A DNA stretch of 64,000 bases, taken from the NCBI GenBank assembly GCA_044342925.1, contig JBIIOV010000001.1; one strand, 5' to 3'. A program made the position numbers and the translations under genes. The notes under the pieces were generated by a model. The model had not been told where the DNA came from and ran no database searches. It saw only the letters and a list, made by a program, of their open reading frames with translations. Positions 30,341 through 40,016 of the stretch are shown piece by piece. Source of the DNA: Mycobacterium sp. (lineage in GTDB: Bacteria > Actinomycetota > Actinomycetes > Mycobacteriales > Mycobacteriaceae). The stretch's first letter is position 1, and each line of letters opens with the position of its first letter.

Positions 30341-30892
30341 TCAGATCTGGCCCGGCGGCTGCCAGGCCTCGCCCATCAGTTCGTTGGGTGGCAGCTGCGG
30401 ATCCTCGAACCGGCGGGCCTGTTCGACACCGCTGACCGGAAGCCCCTGCGGCTCAAGCAAACCCAGTTGAACCAGGACCGACGCCTGATCCCAGTAGATG
30501 TGTTCGGAGGCGACTTTGTCGCCGTCGAACTGGACGACGGCCACCATCGGGATCTCTACCGGCCGGCGGGTGGGGGCCACGCCGGGCAGCATCCAGTCCA
30601 TCTCGACGTCGTGGGTGAAGCAGAACACGAACTCGTCGATCACCCGGCCGTTCCCGACAGTTCTGGTCAACGGCCGCAGGGCGGTATCGGCCGGCATCTT
30701 GGGAATGAAGTGCTTGCCGTAGAACACGATCATCTCTTCGGGACCGCGGCCCCCGGTCAGCACCGGGACGTGGTTGACGTGGGGGTCCGGCGTCATGGTG
30801 GCGACGGTGGCCGCGGCGTCCTTGGTCGCGAATTCCAGTTCGGTATGGCGCTCCCAGAGGCGTTCCAACTCGTCGTCGGGCAGTGTGCTCAT
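30341..30892 (-). CDS. NTF2-like / SnoaL-type domain protein, function unknown
   Basis: 183-aa ORF. The assignment rests on size and the general alpha+beta barrel pattern (LERLWERHTELEF..., VVQFDGDKVASEHIYWD), so it is tentative. Confidence 0.5.
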   Translation of the reverse strand: MSTLPDDELERLWERHTELEFATKDAAATVATMTPDPHVNHVPVLTGGRGPEEMIVFYGKHFIPKMPADTALRPLTRTVGNGRVIDEFVFCFTHDVEMDWMLPGVAPTRRPVEIPMVAVVQFDGDKVASEHIYWDQASVLVQLGLLEPQGLPVSGVEQARRFEDPQLPPNELMGEAWQPPGQI

Positions 30893-30966
30893 CGGATTCC
30901 CTTCGAATTCAATTGATCCGGAAGCTTTTCAGCTGCCCGGCTTCACCTGCACGGCGATCACCCGGC

Positions 30967-32163
30967 TCACCGCGCCACGATCACCGACGAGCCGTGGCCG
31001 AACAGGCCCTGGTTGGCGGTGACGCCGACCGTGGCGCCCTCCACCTGACGGCCGGTGGCCTGACCGCGCAGCTGCCAGGTCAGCTCGCACACCTGGGCGA
31101 TCGCTTGCGCCGGAATCGCCTCACCGAAGCAGGCCAACCCGCCGGACGGGTTCACCGGAATTCGGCCCCCGACGCTGGTCGCGCCGGAGCGCAGCAGCTG
31201 CTCGGCCTCACCCTTGGCGCACAGCCCCAGATGCTCGTACCAGTCCAGTTCCAGCGCGGTCGACAGGTCGTACACCTCGGCCAGGCTCAGGTCCTGCGGT
31301 CCGATCCCGGCCTCGGCGTAGGCGACGTCGAGGATGTGGTCCTTGAATGCCCGGTCCGGGGCGGGGACCACCGCCGTCGAGTCGGTGGCGATGTCGGGCA
31401 GTTCCGGCAAGTGCTGCGGGTAGACGGGCGTCGCGCAGGACACCGCCCGCACCGACGGCACACCGGCCGTCGACCCCAGATGCTTCTCGGTGAACGCCTT
31501 GCTGGCCACGATCAGCGCCGCCGCGCCGTCGGAGGTGGCGCAGATGTCCAGCAGCCGCAGCGGGTCGGACACCACCGGGCTGGCCAGCACGTCGTCGATC
31601 GAATTCTCTTTGCGGTAGCGGGCATTCGGGTTGTTCAGGCCGTGCCGGGAGTTCTTCACCTTCACCTGGGCGAAGTCCTCCAGCGTGGCGCCGTAGAGGT
31701 CCATCCGGCGGCGGGCCAGCAGCGCGAAGTACACGGTGTTGGTGGCGCCGATCAGATGGAAGCGCTGCCAGTCCGGGTCATTGCGGCGCTCGCCGCCGAC
31801 CGGGGCGAAGAAGCCCTTGGGGGTGGTGTCCGCGCCGATCACCAGCGCCACGTCGCACAGCCCGGCCATGATCTGGGCCCGGGCCGACTGCAGCGCCTGC
31901 GAGCCCGAGGCGCAGGCGGCGTAACTGGACGACACCGGGATGCCGGTCCAGCCGAGTTTCTGGGCGAACGTCGCCCCGGCGACGAAGCCGGGGTAGCCGT
32001 TGCGGATGGTGTCCGCGCCGGCGACCAGTTGAATCTGCTTCCAGTCCACGCCCGCGTCGCGCAGCGCAGCGCGGGCGGCCACCACCCCGTACTCGGTGAA
32101 ATCGCGGCCCCACTTGCCCCACGGGTGCATGCCCGCGCCCAGGATGTAGACCGGGTCCCTCAT
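30967..32163 (-). CDS. Thiolase-fold lipid-transfer protein (SCP-x thiolase type, Rv1627c-like)
   Basis: 398 aa. The active-site region SSSYAACASGSQAL and C-terminal NPSGGLACFGEAIPAQ are present. Confidence 0.88.
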   Translation of the reverse strand: MRDPVYILGAGMHPWGKWGRDFTEYGVVAARAALRDAGVDWKQIQLVAGADTIRNGYPGFVAGATFAQKLGWTGIPVSSSYAACASGSQALQSARAQIMAGLCDVALVIGADTTPKGFFAPVGGERRNDPDWQRFHLIGATNTVYFALLARRRMDLYGATLEDFAQVKVKNSRHGLNNPNARYRKENSIDDVLASPVVSDPLRLLDICATSDGAAALIVASKAFTEKHLGSTAGVPSVRAVSCATPVYPQHLPELPDIATDSTAVVPAPDRAFKDHILDVAYAEAGIGPQDLSLAEVYDLSTALELDWYEHLGLCAKGEAEQLLRSGATSVGGRIPVNPSGGLACFGEAIPAQAIAQVCELTWQLRGQATGRQVEGATVGVTANQGLFGHGSSVIVAR

Positions 32164-32597
32164 TCGGCCACCCTCCAGGCGTAGACCGAACGCTGCACTC
32201 CGTCGTCGTCGACGTAGAGCGCCATGGTGGTCAGTTCCATCTCCATGCCGACCGTCAGGTCGGCGGCCAGCGCGCCGTCAACCTTGCCCAGCACGATGAT
32301 GCCCTCCTCGGCCAGGTGCACCGCGGCCACCGCGAACGGCTCGAACGGGTCCGGGGACGGATACGGCGGCGGCGGGGCGTAGCGGTTCTCGGTGTAGCTC
32401 CACAGCGTGCCGCGCCGCGACAGCGCGACGGCGTGCAGTTCGTCGGCCCCGCAAGCGGGGTTGGGGCAGTTGTTCTCCCGCGGCGGGAACACATAGGTCC
32501 CGCACCGCGCGCATTTCGCTCCGACCAGATGGGGCGCGCCGGAGTCGTCGAAGGACCACCAGCCCTCGACGGCGGGAGCCTCTTGCGAACCGGGCAC
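32160..32597 (-). CDS. Zn-ribbon/OB-fold DUF35 protein (thiolase partner, Rv1628c-like)
   Basis: 145 aa with CARCGTYVFPPRENNCPNPAC (rubredoxin-like) followed by an OB-fold region. ATGA overlap with the thiolase gene. Confidence 0.85.
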   Translation of the reverse strand: MPGSQEAPAVEGWWSFDDSGAPHLVGAKCARCGTYVFPPRENNCPNPACGADELHAVALSRRGTLWSYTENRYAPPPPYPSPDPFEPFAVAAVHLAEEGIIVLGKVDGALAADLTVGMEMELTTMALYVDDDGVQRSVYAWRVAE

Positions 32598-32618
32598 GGC
32601 GCCAGCCTAGCCCGTGCC

Positions 32619-32624
32619 TAGAGT
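32619..32624 (+). promoter_or_regulatory. -10-like hexamer TAGAGT, 7 nt upstream of the polA GTG (leaderless arrangement)
   Basis: TAGAGT fits the mycobacterial TANNNT consensus. The spacer gagagcc is followed by GTG 32632. Confidence 0.4.
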
Positions 32625-32631
32625 GAGAGCC

Positions 32632-35382
32632 GTGAGCGCTGGGAAGACTGCCGACGAGAAGCCGACATTGATGTTGCTGGACGGCAATTCGCTGGCCTTC
32701 CGGGCGTTCTACGCGCTGCCCGCCGAGAACTTCAAAACCAAGAACGGCCTGACCACCAACGCCGTCTACGGGTTCACCGCGATGCTGATCAACCTTCTGC
32801 GCGACGAGTCGCCGACCCACATCGCCGCCGCCTTCGACGTGTCCCGGCAGACCTTCCGCGCCGAGCGTTACCCGGAGTACAAGGCCGGTCGCAGTTCCAC
32901 CCCCGACGAGTTCCGCGGGCAGATCGACATCACCAAAGAGGTGCTGGGTGCGCTGGGTATCACCGTACTGGCCGAAGCCGGCTACGAGGCCGACGACATC
33001 ATCGCCACCCTGGCCACCCAGGCCGACACGGCCGGATACCGGGTTTTGGTGGTCACCGGCGACCGGGACTCCCTGCAACTGGTCAACGAGAACGTCACCG
33101 TGCTCTACCCGATCAAGGGCGTCAGCGAACTGACCCGGTTCACCCCGGACGCGGTCGTCGCGAAGTACGGACTGACCCCCGAGCAATACCCCGACTTCGC
33201 GGCGCTGCGCGGTGACCCCAGCGACAACCTGCCCGGCATCCCGGGGGTGGGAGAGAAGACCGCCGCCAAGTGGATCGTCGAGTACGGCTCGCTGCAGGGC
33301 CTGGTCGACAACGTCGAAGGCGTGCGCGGCAAGGTCGGGGATTCCTTGCGCGCCAATCTGTCCAGTGTGGTGCTCAACCGCGAGCTCACCCATCTGGTGC
33401 GCGACGTGCCGCTGGCCCAGACGCCCGACACCCTGCGGCTGCTGCCGTGGGACCGCGACCAGATCCATCGGCTGTTCGACGACCTGGAGTTCCGGGTGCT
33501 GCGCGACCGGCTGTTCGACACCCTGGCGGCCGTCGAACCCGAGGTCGACGAAGGCTTCGACGTGCGCGGCGGCGCGCTGGACCCCGGCGCGGTCGCCGAC
33601 TGGCTGGACGTCCACGCGCGAGACGGCCAACGGGCCGGGATCGCCGTCTCGGGAACCCACGCCGTCTACGACGGCGACGCCACCGCGCTGGCGATCGCGA
33701 CCGCCGACGGCGAGGGCGCCTACATCGACACCGCCGCGATGTCCGCCGAGGACGAAGCCGCCCTGGGCGCGTGGCTGGCCGACCCGGCGGCGCCCAAGGC
33801 GCTGCACGAAGCCAAGATCGCCATTCATGACCTGGGCGGGCGGGGCTGGACGCTGGCCGGGGTGACCTCCGACACCGCGCTGGCCGCCTACCTGGTGCGG
33901 CCCGGGCAACGCAGTTTCACCCTCGACGACCTGTCACTGCGCTATCTGCGCCGCGAGTTGCGGGCGGAAACCGCTGAGCAACAACAACTGTCGTTGCTCG
34001 ACGATCCGGACGGGGTCGACGACCAGGCGGTGCAGACGCTGATCCTGCGGGCCAGGGCCGTGGTGGATCTGGCCGTCGCCCTCGACGAGGAACTCGCCCG
34101 CATCGAGTCCTCGCCGCTGCTGGGGCAGATGGAGCTGCCGGTGCAGGCGGCGCTGGCCGAGATGGAGAGCGCCGGCATCGCCGTCGACCAGGACAAGCTG
34201 CAGACCCTGCAGCGCGAATTCGGCGACCAGATCCGCGACGCCGCCGAGGCCGCCTACGCGGTGATCGGCCAGCAGATCAACCTTGGCTCACCCAAACAGC
34301 TTCAGGTGGTGCTGTTCGAGGAACTCGGCATGCCCAAGACCAAGAAGACCAAGACGGGCTACACCACGGATGCCGACGCGCTGCAGTCGCTGTTCGACAA
34401 GACCGGGCACCCGTTCCTGGAACACCTGCTGGCACACCGCGACGCCACCCGGCTGAAGGTGACCGTCGACGGCCTGCTGAAGTCGACTGCTCCCGACGGG
34501 CGCATCCACACCACGTTCAACCAGACGATCGCCGCGACCGGCCGGCTGTCGTCCACCGAGCCGAACCTGCAGAACATCCCGATCCGCACCGACGCCGGGC
34601 GGCGCATCCGGGACGCGTTCTGTGTCGGATCGGGCGGAGGTTCGGTGGGAGGTTCGGTGGGAGGTTCGGTGGGAGGTGTTGCCTTCGCCGAGCTGATGAC
34701 GGCCGACTACAGCCAGATCGAAATGCGGATCATGGCCCACCTGTCTCGGGACGAAGGCCTCATCGAGGCCTTCCGGACCGGGGAGGACCTGCATTCCTTC
34801 GTGGCGTCTCGGGCGTTCGGGGTGCCGATCGACGAGGTGACGCCGGAGTTGCGCCGCCGGGTCAAGGCGATGTCCTACGGGCTGGCGTACGGGTTGAGTG
34901 CCTACGGCCTGGCGCAGCAACTCAAGATCTCCACCGAAGAGGCCAAAGAGCAGATGGACGCCTACTTCGCCCGGTTCGGCGGAGTGCGCGACTACCTGCT
35001 GGCCATCGTCGAGCAGGCCCGTAAGGACGGCTACACCTCGACGGTGCTGGGCCGGCGGCGCTACTTGCCCGAGTTGGACAGCAGCAACCGGCAGGTCCGC
35101 GAAGCCGCCGAGCGGGCCGCGCTCAACGCCCCGATCCAGGGCAGCGCCGCCGACATCATCAAGGTCGCGATGATCGGGGTGCACGACGCGCTGCGCGAGG
35201 CCGGGTTGTCGTCGCGGCTGCTGCTGCAGGTGCACGACGAACTACTGCTGGAGGTGGCGCCGGGCGAGCGTGACGCCGTCGAGCAGCTGGTCCGCGACCG
35301 GATGGGCAGCGCTTACCCGCTCGATGTGCCGCTGGAGGTGTCGGTGGGCTACGGGCCCAGCTGGGATGCGGCCGCGCACTAG
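32632..35382 (+). CDS. polA: DNA polymerase I
   Basis: 5' nuclease domain (LMLLDGNSLAFRAFYAL). Polymerase motif A DYSQIEMRIMAHLS, motif B RRRVKAMSYGLAYG, motif C LLLQVHDELLLE. Start chosen at GTG 32632 (VSAGKTADEKPTLMLLDG); the track ORF starts at 32614. Confidence 0.97.
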   Translation: MSAGKTADEKPTLMLLDGNSLAFRAFYALPAENFKTKNGLTTNAVYGFTAMLINLLRDESPTHIAAAFDVSRQTFRAERYPEYKAGRSSTPDEFRGQIDITKEVLGALGITVLAEAGYEADDIIATLATQADTAGYRVLVVTGDRDSLQLVNENVTVLYPIKGVSELTRFTPDAVVAKYGLTPEQYPDFAALRGDPSDNLPGIPGVGEKTAAKWIVEYGSLQGLVDNVEGVRGKVGDSLRANLSSVVLNRELTHLVRDVPLAQTPDTLRLLPWDRDQIHRLFDDLEFRVLRDRLFDTLAAVEPEVDEGFDVRGGALDPGAVADWLDVHARDGQRAGIAVSGTHAVYDGDATALAIATADGEGAYIDTAAMSAEDEAALGAWLADPAAPKALHEAKIAIHDLGGRGWTLAGVTSDTALAAYLVRPGQRSFTLDDLSLRYLRRELRAETAEQQQLSLLDDPDGVDDQAVQTLILRARAVVDLAVALDEELARIESSPLLGQMELPVQAALAEMESAGIAVDQDKLQTLQREFGDQIRDAAEAAYAVIGQQINLGSPKQLQVVLFEELGMPKTKKTKTGYTTDADALQSLFDKTGHPFLEHLLAHRDATRLKVTVDGLLKSTAPDGRIHTTFNQTIAATGRLSSTEPNLQNIPIRTDAGRRIRDAFCVGSGGGSVGGSVGGSVGGVAFAELMTADYSQIEMRIMAHLSRDEGLIEAFRTGEDLHSFVASRAFGVPIDEVTPELRRRVKAMSYGLAYGLSAYGLAQQLKISTEEAKEQMDAYFARFGGVRDYLLAIVEQARKDGYTSTVLGRRRYLPELDSSNRQVREAAERAALNAPIQGSAADIIKVAMIGVHDALREAGLSSRLLLQVHDELLLEVAPGERDAVEQLVRDRMGSAYPLDVPLEVSVGYGPSWDAAAH
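34637..34678 (+). repeat. In-frame 12-bp tandem repeat (gaggttcggtgg x3.5) encoding (GGSV)n inside polA
   Basis: Perfect copies at 34637-48, 34649-60 and 34661-72, with a partial copy at 34673-78. The protein reads CVGSGGGSVGGSVGGSVGGVAFAELMTADYSQIEM. Confidence 0.95.
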
Positions 35383-35411
35383 TGGGAGCAGTGCCCGGCG
35401 CAGTGCCGACA

Positions 35412-36530
35412 TCAGCGGATCGGGAGCGGATACGCCGAAAGCTGCTGCAGCACGGGTCCGGCCGCGGCCCGCGCCGCCATGACGCCGTAGGCCTCCTCGT
35501 TCTGCAAGGCGAACACCCGTTCGTCGCCGAATCCCCGGTCGATCCGGTCGCGAACGTAGGCCAGTTCCACCACCTGGGTGAGGAAACCTTTCACCGCGGT
35601 CGCGGCGGGCCGGCCGCCGATCCGGTTCGCGGCCCGCACGGCGGCCTTGCGGGTCTTCAGTGACGACAGCCAACCGGCCTCGACGGGGGTCAGCAGGCCG
35701 CCGGCGATCATGCCGGGCAGCTTCCCGGCGATGATGTGCCGTTCGCGGCGCCGGCTGTTCACCGCGAGGCCGATGGCCAGCGCGAACACCGGCATCATCC
35801 ACAGGACGTAGGTGCCCAGGTAGGCCTGGGCGCCCAGCAGCGCCGAGCCGTTCCACAGGCCGTGCATGACCACCGCGCCCAGATATCCCAGCAGCACGCA
35901 GCCCGCCTTGGCTCCGGCCGTGCGCTGTTTGAGCGCGAAGTACACCCCGATGGCGGTCATGGTGGTGAACAGCGGGTGGGCGAACGGCGACATCACCAGA
36001 CGCATAGCGGCGACGGCCAGTGAGCCGGGCAGCGTCTCGGCGCTGCCGATGTAGAAGATGTTCTCGACCCAGGCGAAACCCAAGGCGGTCAGGCCGGCGT
36101 AGACCAGGCAGTCGGTGAGGGTGTTCAGTTCGTGGCGCCGTCGCCCGGTCATCATCACCAGCAGGAACAGGCCTTTGGCCGCCTCCTCGACCAGCGGGGC
36201 GCCCACCGCCACGGTCAGCGCACTGGGCTTGTCGGTGCCGCTGCCGAAAGCCTGCTCGAACAGTTCCGAGAACAGCAACGACAGCACCACCGCGACCGAT
36301 GCGCCCCATAAGAACGCCATGACCAGCAGTCGCGGCGGCTCGGGTTCCCAGCGGTCCAGCCAGAGGTAACAGAGCACAACGCCGGCCATCGCGGTGGTGG
36401 CCAGGGCAAAGCCGACCAGCGTGCCGCCCGGGTCGGCGGCGGTGGCCAACAGCAGGATCAGGCCGACCACGGTGCCCAGCGCGATGATCGCGGCAAGCGG
36501 GGCGCCGACTTTGCGGACCGGCCGCGGCAT
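35412..36530 (-). CDS. PrsW-family intramembrane metalloprotease
   Basis: ATG 36530 lies within track ORF 35412..36731. Polytopic. APLVEEAAKGL, GFAWVENIFY, FAHPLFT and HGLWNG motifs are present. Confidence 0.8.
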   Translation of the reverse strand: MPRPVRKVGAPLAAIIALGTVVGLILLLATAADPGGTLVGFALATTAMAGVVLCYLWLDRWEPEPPRLLVMAFLWGASVAVVLSLLFSELFEQAFGSGTDKPSALTVAVGAPLVEEAAKGLFLLVMMTGRRRHELNTLTDCLVYAGLTALGFAWVENIFYIGSAETLPGSLAVAAMRLVMSPFAHPLFTTMTAIGVYFALKQRTAGAKAGCVLLGYLGAVVMHGLWNGSALLGAQAYLGTYVLWMMPVFALAIGLAVNSRRRERHIIAGKLPGMIAGGLLTPVEAGWLSSLKTRKAAVRAANRIGGRPAATAVKGFLTQVVELAYVRDRIDRGFGDERVFALQNEEAYGVMAARAAAGPVLQQLSAYPLPIR

Positions 36531-36701
36531 GGGCGGCGTCGCGGCGTAGAACACCAGAGGAGAGTAGCTGCGGCGGCGGCACCTGGTTTGGTCGGGTTGT
36601 CCTCGGTCGAGTACGCTCAGCCGGTACCCGTGTGCACGTCGACGGGCACACAACCAGAGAAAACTGTCCCTTCTACGACCCTGTCCGGAGCAACCCACCA
36701 C

Positions 36702-38153
36702 ATGCCCAGTCCCACCATCACCTCGCCGCAAGTAGCCATCAATGACATTGGCACTGCCGAGGACTTCCTCGCCGCTATCGACAAGACCATCAAGTACTTC
36801 AACGATGGCGACATCGTCGAGGGGACCATCGTCAAGGTGGACCGGGACGAGGTCCTACTCGATATCGGTTACAAGACTGAAGGCGTCATCCCTTCTCGTG
36901 AGCTCTCCATCAAGCACGACGTCGACCCGAATGAGGTCGTCTCCGTCGGCGATGCGATCGAAGCTCTGGTCCTCACCAAGGAGGACAAGGAAGGTCGCCT
37001 GATCCTGTCCAAGAAGCGCGCTCAGTACGAGCGCGCCTGGGGCACCATCGAGGCGCTCAAGGAGAAGGACGAGGCCGTCAAGGGCACCGTCATCGAGGTC
37101 GTCAAGGGCGGCCTGATCCTCGACATCGGCCTGCGCGGCTTCCTGCCCGCATCCCTGGTAGAGATGCGCCGGGTCCGCGACCTTCAGCCGTACATCGGCA
37201 AGGAGATCGAGGCCAAGATCATCGAGCTGGACAAGAACCGCAACAACGTGGTGCTGTCGCGGCGGGCATGGCTGGAGCAGACCCAGTCGGAGGTTCGCAG
37301 CGAGTTCCTCAATCAGCTGGTCAAGGGCGCCGTCCGCAAGGGTGTGGTGTCCTCCATCGTCAACTTCGGCGCGTTCGTCGACCTCGGTGGGGTCGACGGC
37401 CTGGTGCACGTCTCGGAGCTGTCCTGGAAGCACATCGACCACCCGTCGGAGGTCGTGCAGGTCGGCGACGAGGTCACCGTCGAGGTGCTCGACGTCGATA
37501 TGGACCGCGAGCGGGTGTCGCTGTCGCTCAAGGCCACCCAGGAAGACCCGTGGCGCCACTTCGCCCGCACCCACGCCATCGGCCAGATCGTGCCGGGCAA
37601 GGTCACCAAGCTGGTGCCGTTCGGCGCGTTCGTCCGGGTCGAGGAGGGCATCGAGGGTCTGGTGCACATCTCCGAGCTGTCCGAGCGCCACGTCGAGGTC
37701 CCCGACCAGGTGGTCGCGGTCGGCGACGACGCGATGGTCAAGGTCATCGACATCGACCTGGAGCGCCGCCGGATCTCGCTGAGCCTCAAGCAGGCCAACG
37801 AGGACTACACCGAGGAGTTCGACCCGTCGAAGTACGGCATGGCTGACAGCTACGACGACGCGGGCAACTACATCTTCCCCGAGGGCTTCGACTCCGAGAC
37901 CAACGAATGGCTCGAGGGCTTCGACAAGCAGCGCACCGAGTGGGAGGCCCGCTACGCCGAGGCCGAGCGCCGGCACAAGATGCACACCGCTCAGATGGAG
38001 AAGTTCGCGGCCGCCGACGCCGCGGCCGCGGAGGAGCGGGGCGCCTCGGGCACCACGACCTCCAGCTCTCCGGGTGCCGAGGAGTCGGGTGGTTCGCTGG
38101 CCAGCGACGCCCAGCTTGCGGCGCTGCGTGAGAAGCTCGCCGGCAACGCATAA
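36702..38153 (+). CDS. rpsA: 30S ribosomal protein S1
   Basis: ATG 36702 lies within track ORF 36588..38153. Four S1 domains are present (GDIVEGTIVKVD..., GTVIEVVKGGLILDIG..., GVVSSIVNFGAFVDLG..., GKVTKLVPFGAFVRV...). Confidence 0.97.
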   Translation: MPSPTITSPQVAINDIGTAEDFLAAIDKTIKYFNDGDIVEGTIVKVDRDEVLLDIGYKTEGVIPSRELSIKHDVDPNEVVSVGDAIEALVLTKEDKEGRLILSKKRAQYERAWGTIEALKEKDEAVKGTVIEVVKGGLILDIGLRGFLPASLVEMRRVRDLQPYIGKEIEAKIIELDKNRNNVVLSRRAWLEQTQSEVRSEFLNQLVKGAVRKGVVSSIVNFGAFVDLGGVDGLVHVSELSWKHIDHPSEVVQVGDEVTVEVLDVDMDRERVSLSLKATQEDPWRHFARTHAIGQIVPGKVTKLVPFGAFVRVEEGIEGLVHISELSERHVEVPDQVVAVGDDAMVKVIDIDLERRRISLSLKQANEDYTEEFDPSKYGMADSYDDAGNYIFPEGFDSETNEWLEGFDKQRTEWEARYAEAERRHKMHTAQMEKFAAADAAAAEERGASGTTTSSSPGAEESGGSLASDAQLAALREKLAGNA

Positions 38154-38166
38154 CTCCCTCGCGAGA

Positions 38167-38218
38167 GTGAAACCACGCAGCGGAATGTCGAGACATTCCC
38201 TGCGTGGTTTCACTTTCT
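38167..38218 (+). terminator. Long hairpin (about 20 bp, one bulge) plus TTTCT after rpsA
   Basis: gtgaaaccacgcagcggaatg ... cattccctgcgtggtttcac, followed by tttct. Begins 14 nt after the rpsA stop. Confidence 0.6.
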
Positions 38219-38264
38219 GCGGCGAAATGGTGAGAGCGGTCGGCGCCGAAAGTGTGGGAGCGGC

Positions 38265-39425
38265 ATGCTGCGCATCGGCCTGACCGGCGGTATCGGCGCC
38301 GGGAAATCCACCGTGTCGGCGACGTTCGCCGAGTGCGGCGGCGTCATCGTCGACGGGGACGTCATCTCCCGGGAGGTGGTCCAGCCGGGAACCGAGGGGT
38401 TGACCGCGCTGGTCGACCACTTCGGGGCCGACATCCTGCTGCCCGACGGGGCGCTGAACCGGCCGGCGCTGGCCGCCAAGGCGTTCATCGACGAGCAGCA
38501 GCGTGCCAAGCTCAACGCGATCGTGCATCCCCTGGTCGCCAAACGGCGCGCTGAGATCGTCGCCGCGGTATCCGAGGACGAGGTCGTCGTCGAGGATATT
38601 CCGCTGCTGGTGGAGTCCCAGATGGCGCCGCTGTTCCCGTTGGTCGTCGTCGTCCACGCCGATGCCGATGAGCGGTTGCGGCGGCTGGTGGGGCAGCGCG
38701 GGATGCACGAGGCCGACGCCCGGGCCCGGATCGCTGCGCAGGCCCAGGAGGAACATCGGCGACGGGTGGCCGACGTCTGGCTGGACAACTCTGGGAGTCC
38801 CGCCGAGCTGATCGAGAAGGCGCGGGAGCTGTGGTTCGGCCGGATTCTGCCGTTCGCCCACAACCTGACCACCCGAACCCCTGCCGCCAGGCCGCATGAT
38901 CTGGTGGCCGCCGACCCGGCCTGGGCCGACCAGGCGGCGCGCATCCGGGCCAGGCTGAACACCACCTGCGGGCACCGCGCGCTGTGCATCGACCACATCG
39001 GGTCCACCGCCGTCGCCGGCCTGGACGCCCGTGACGTCATCGACATCCAGATCACCGTCGCCTCGATGCAGGTCGCCGACGAACTCGCCGGGGACCTGTT
39101 GCGCACCGGTTACCCGCTGGTCGAATCGGTCACCGCAGACCGTCGCTTCGACGGCGCGGAAGGGCTGTGGCCCAAGCGTTTTCACGCCTCCGCTGATCCC
39201 GGTCGGCCCACACACATCCACCTGCGGGTAGACGGGGAACCCAATCAGCGGTTCGCCCTGCTGTTCGTCGACTGGCTCAACGCCAACCCCGGTGTCCGGA
39301 AGGACTATCTGGACGTCAAACGCACCGGCGACGGCGACGCGATCACCCGCTGGTTCACCGACGCATACCCGCGGGCCTGGGCCTGGGCGCAGGGCACCGA
39401 CTGGGCGCCCCGCGACTTCAGCTGA
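38265..39425 (+). CDS. coaE: Dephospho-CoA kinase fused to a GrpB/UPF0157 domain
   Basis: MLRIGLTGGIGAGKST (P-loop) at the N-terminus. C-terminal GrpB-like HIGSTAVAGLDARDVIDIQ. 386 aa, as in mycobacterial CoaE. Confidence 0.9.
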   Translation: MLRIGLTGGIGAGKSTVSATFAECGGVIVDGDVISREVVQPGTEGLTALVDHFGADILLPDGALNRPALAAKAFIDEQQRAKLNAIVHPLVAKRRAEIVAAVSEDEVVVEDIPLLVESQMAPLFPLVVVVHADADERLRRLVGQRGMHEADARARIAAQAQEEHRRRVADVWLDNSGSPAELIEKARELWFGRILPFAHNLTTRTPAARPHDLVAADPAWADQAARIRARLNTTCGHRALCIDHIGSTAVAGLDARDVIDIQITVASMQVADELAGDLLRTGYPLVESVTADRRFDGAEGLWPKRFHASADPGRPTHIHLRVDGEPNQRFALLFVDWLNANPGVRKDYLDVKRTGDGDAITRWFTDAYPRAWAWAQGTDWAPRDFS

Positions 39426-39999
39426 CTGCGCCCAAGTCGGCCGCCGGCACGTCCGGGGGCGGCGGGGCGTCCGGTGCGGGCGGTAGCTCCGGACCCGGTG
39501 CCGGACCAGCTGGCCCCGGCGGAGGCGGAACCGGTTCGGGCGCACTGCCCATCGCATTGCTCAGCGGAGCACCGCAGTTCATGGCCCCGTAGTCGGGGTC
39601 GTCGTCGGCCGGCAGCAGCCGCGGGCCGATGAACTGGTCGGCCTGCACGATCATCTGGCCGTCGACCAGGATCTCGCAGTGCAGATTCGCCGAGTACGGC
39701 CACTGGATCGAAATCCGCATGCCCGCTTCCTTCGGGTCGCTGAGCACCCCGGTGGCCTCGAAGGTGCGGCCCGGCAGCATGGTCGGATCGGCGCTGTTGA
39801 TCTGGGTGTCGCTGATCCGGTAGCTCACCAGGGCGCCGCGGGCCAGGCCGTCGACCCGGGCGCGGTAGGTCACATTGTGCTGCTGGTCAGGCTGAGATGG
39901 CGGCTGCACCAGGTCGTCGTCGGCGGCGGCGACGGCCGGGGACAACGCCACCAGGGCCACAGCGGCAACGGCCGTCGTGGAGCGTCGCAGGCGTATCAC
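39418..39999 (-). CDS. Secreted protein with Pro-rich C-terminal tail, unknown function
   Basis: GTG 39999 lies within track ORF 39418..40581. Signal peptide RRSTTAVAAVALVALSPAVAAAD. Tail PPPPGPAGPAPGPELPPAPDAPPPPD. The 3' end overlaps convergent coaE by 8 nt. Confidence 0.55.
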   Translation of the reverse strand: MIRLRRSTTAVAAVALVALSPAVAAADDDLVQPPSQPDQQHNVTYRARVDGLARGALVSYRISDTQINSADPTMLPGRTFEATGVLSDPKEAGMRISIQWPYSANLHCEILVDGQMIVQADQFIGPRLLPADDDPDYGAMNCGAPLSNAMGSAPEPVPPPPGPAGPAPGPELPPAPDAPPPPDVPAADLGAVS

Positions 40000-40016
40000 G
40001 GGGGACGAGCGTACGC

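Noticed and set aside
30334-30345. Shared motif TAGCAGGCAG immediately after the livF stop (30331) and the uvrB stop (44701)
   Set aside because: A single 10-mer coincidence with no associated structure or further copies in the window. Not enough to call an element.
36855-39557. 900-aa minus-strand ORF
   Set aside because: Antisense to rpsA and coaE. Shadow ORF with no motifs.
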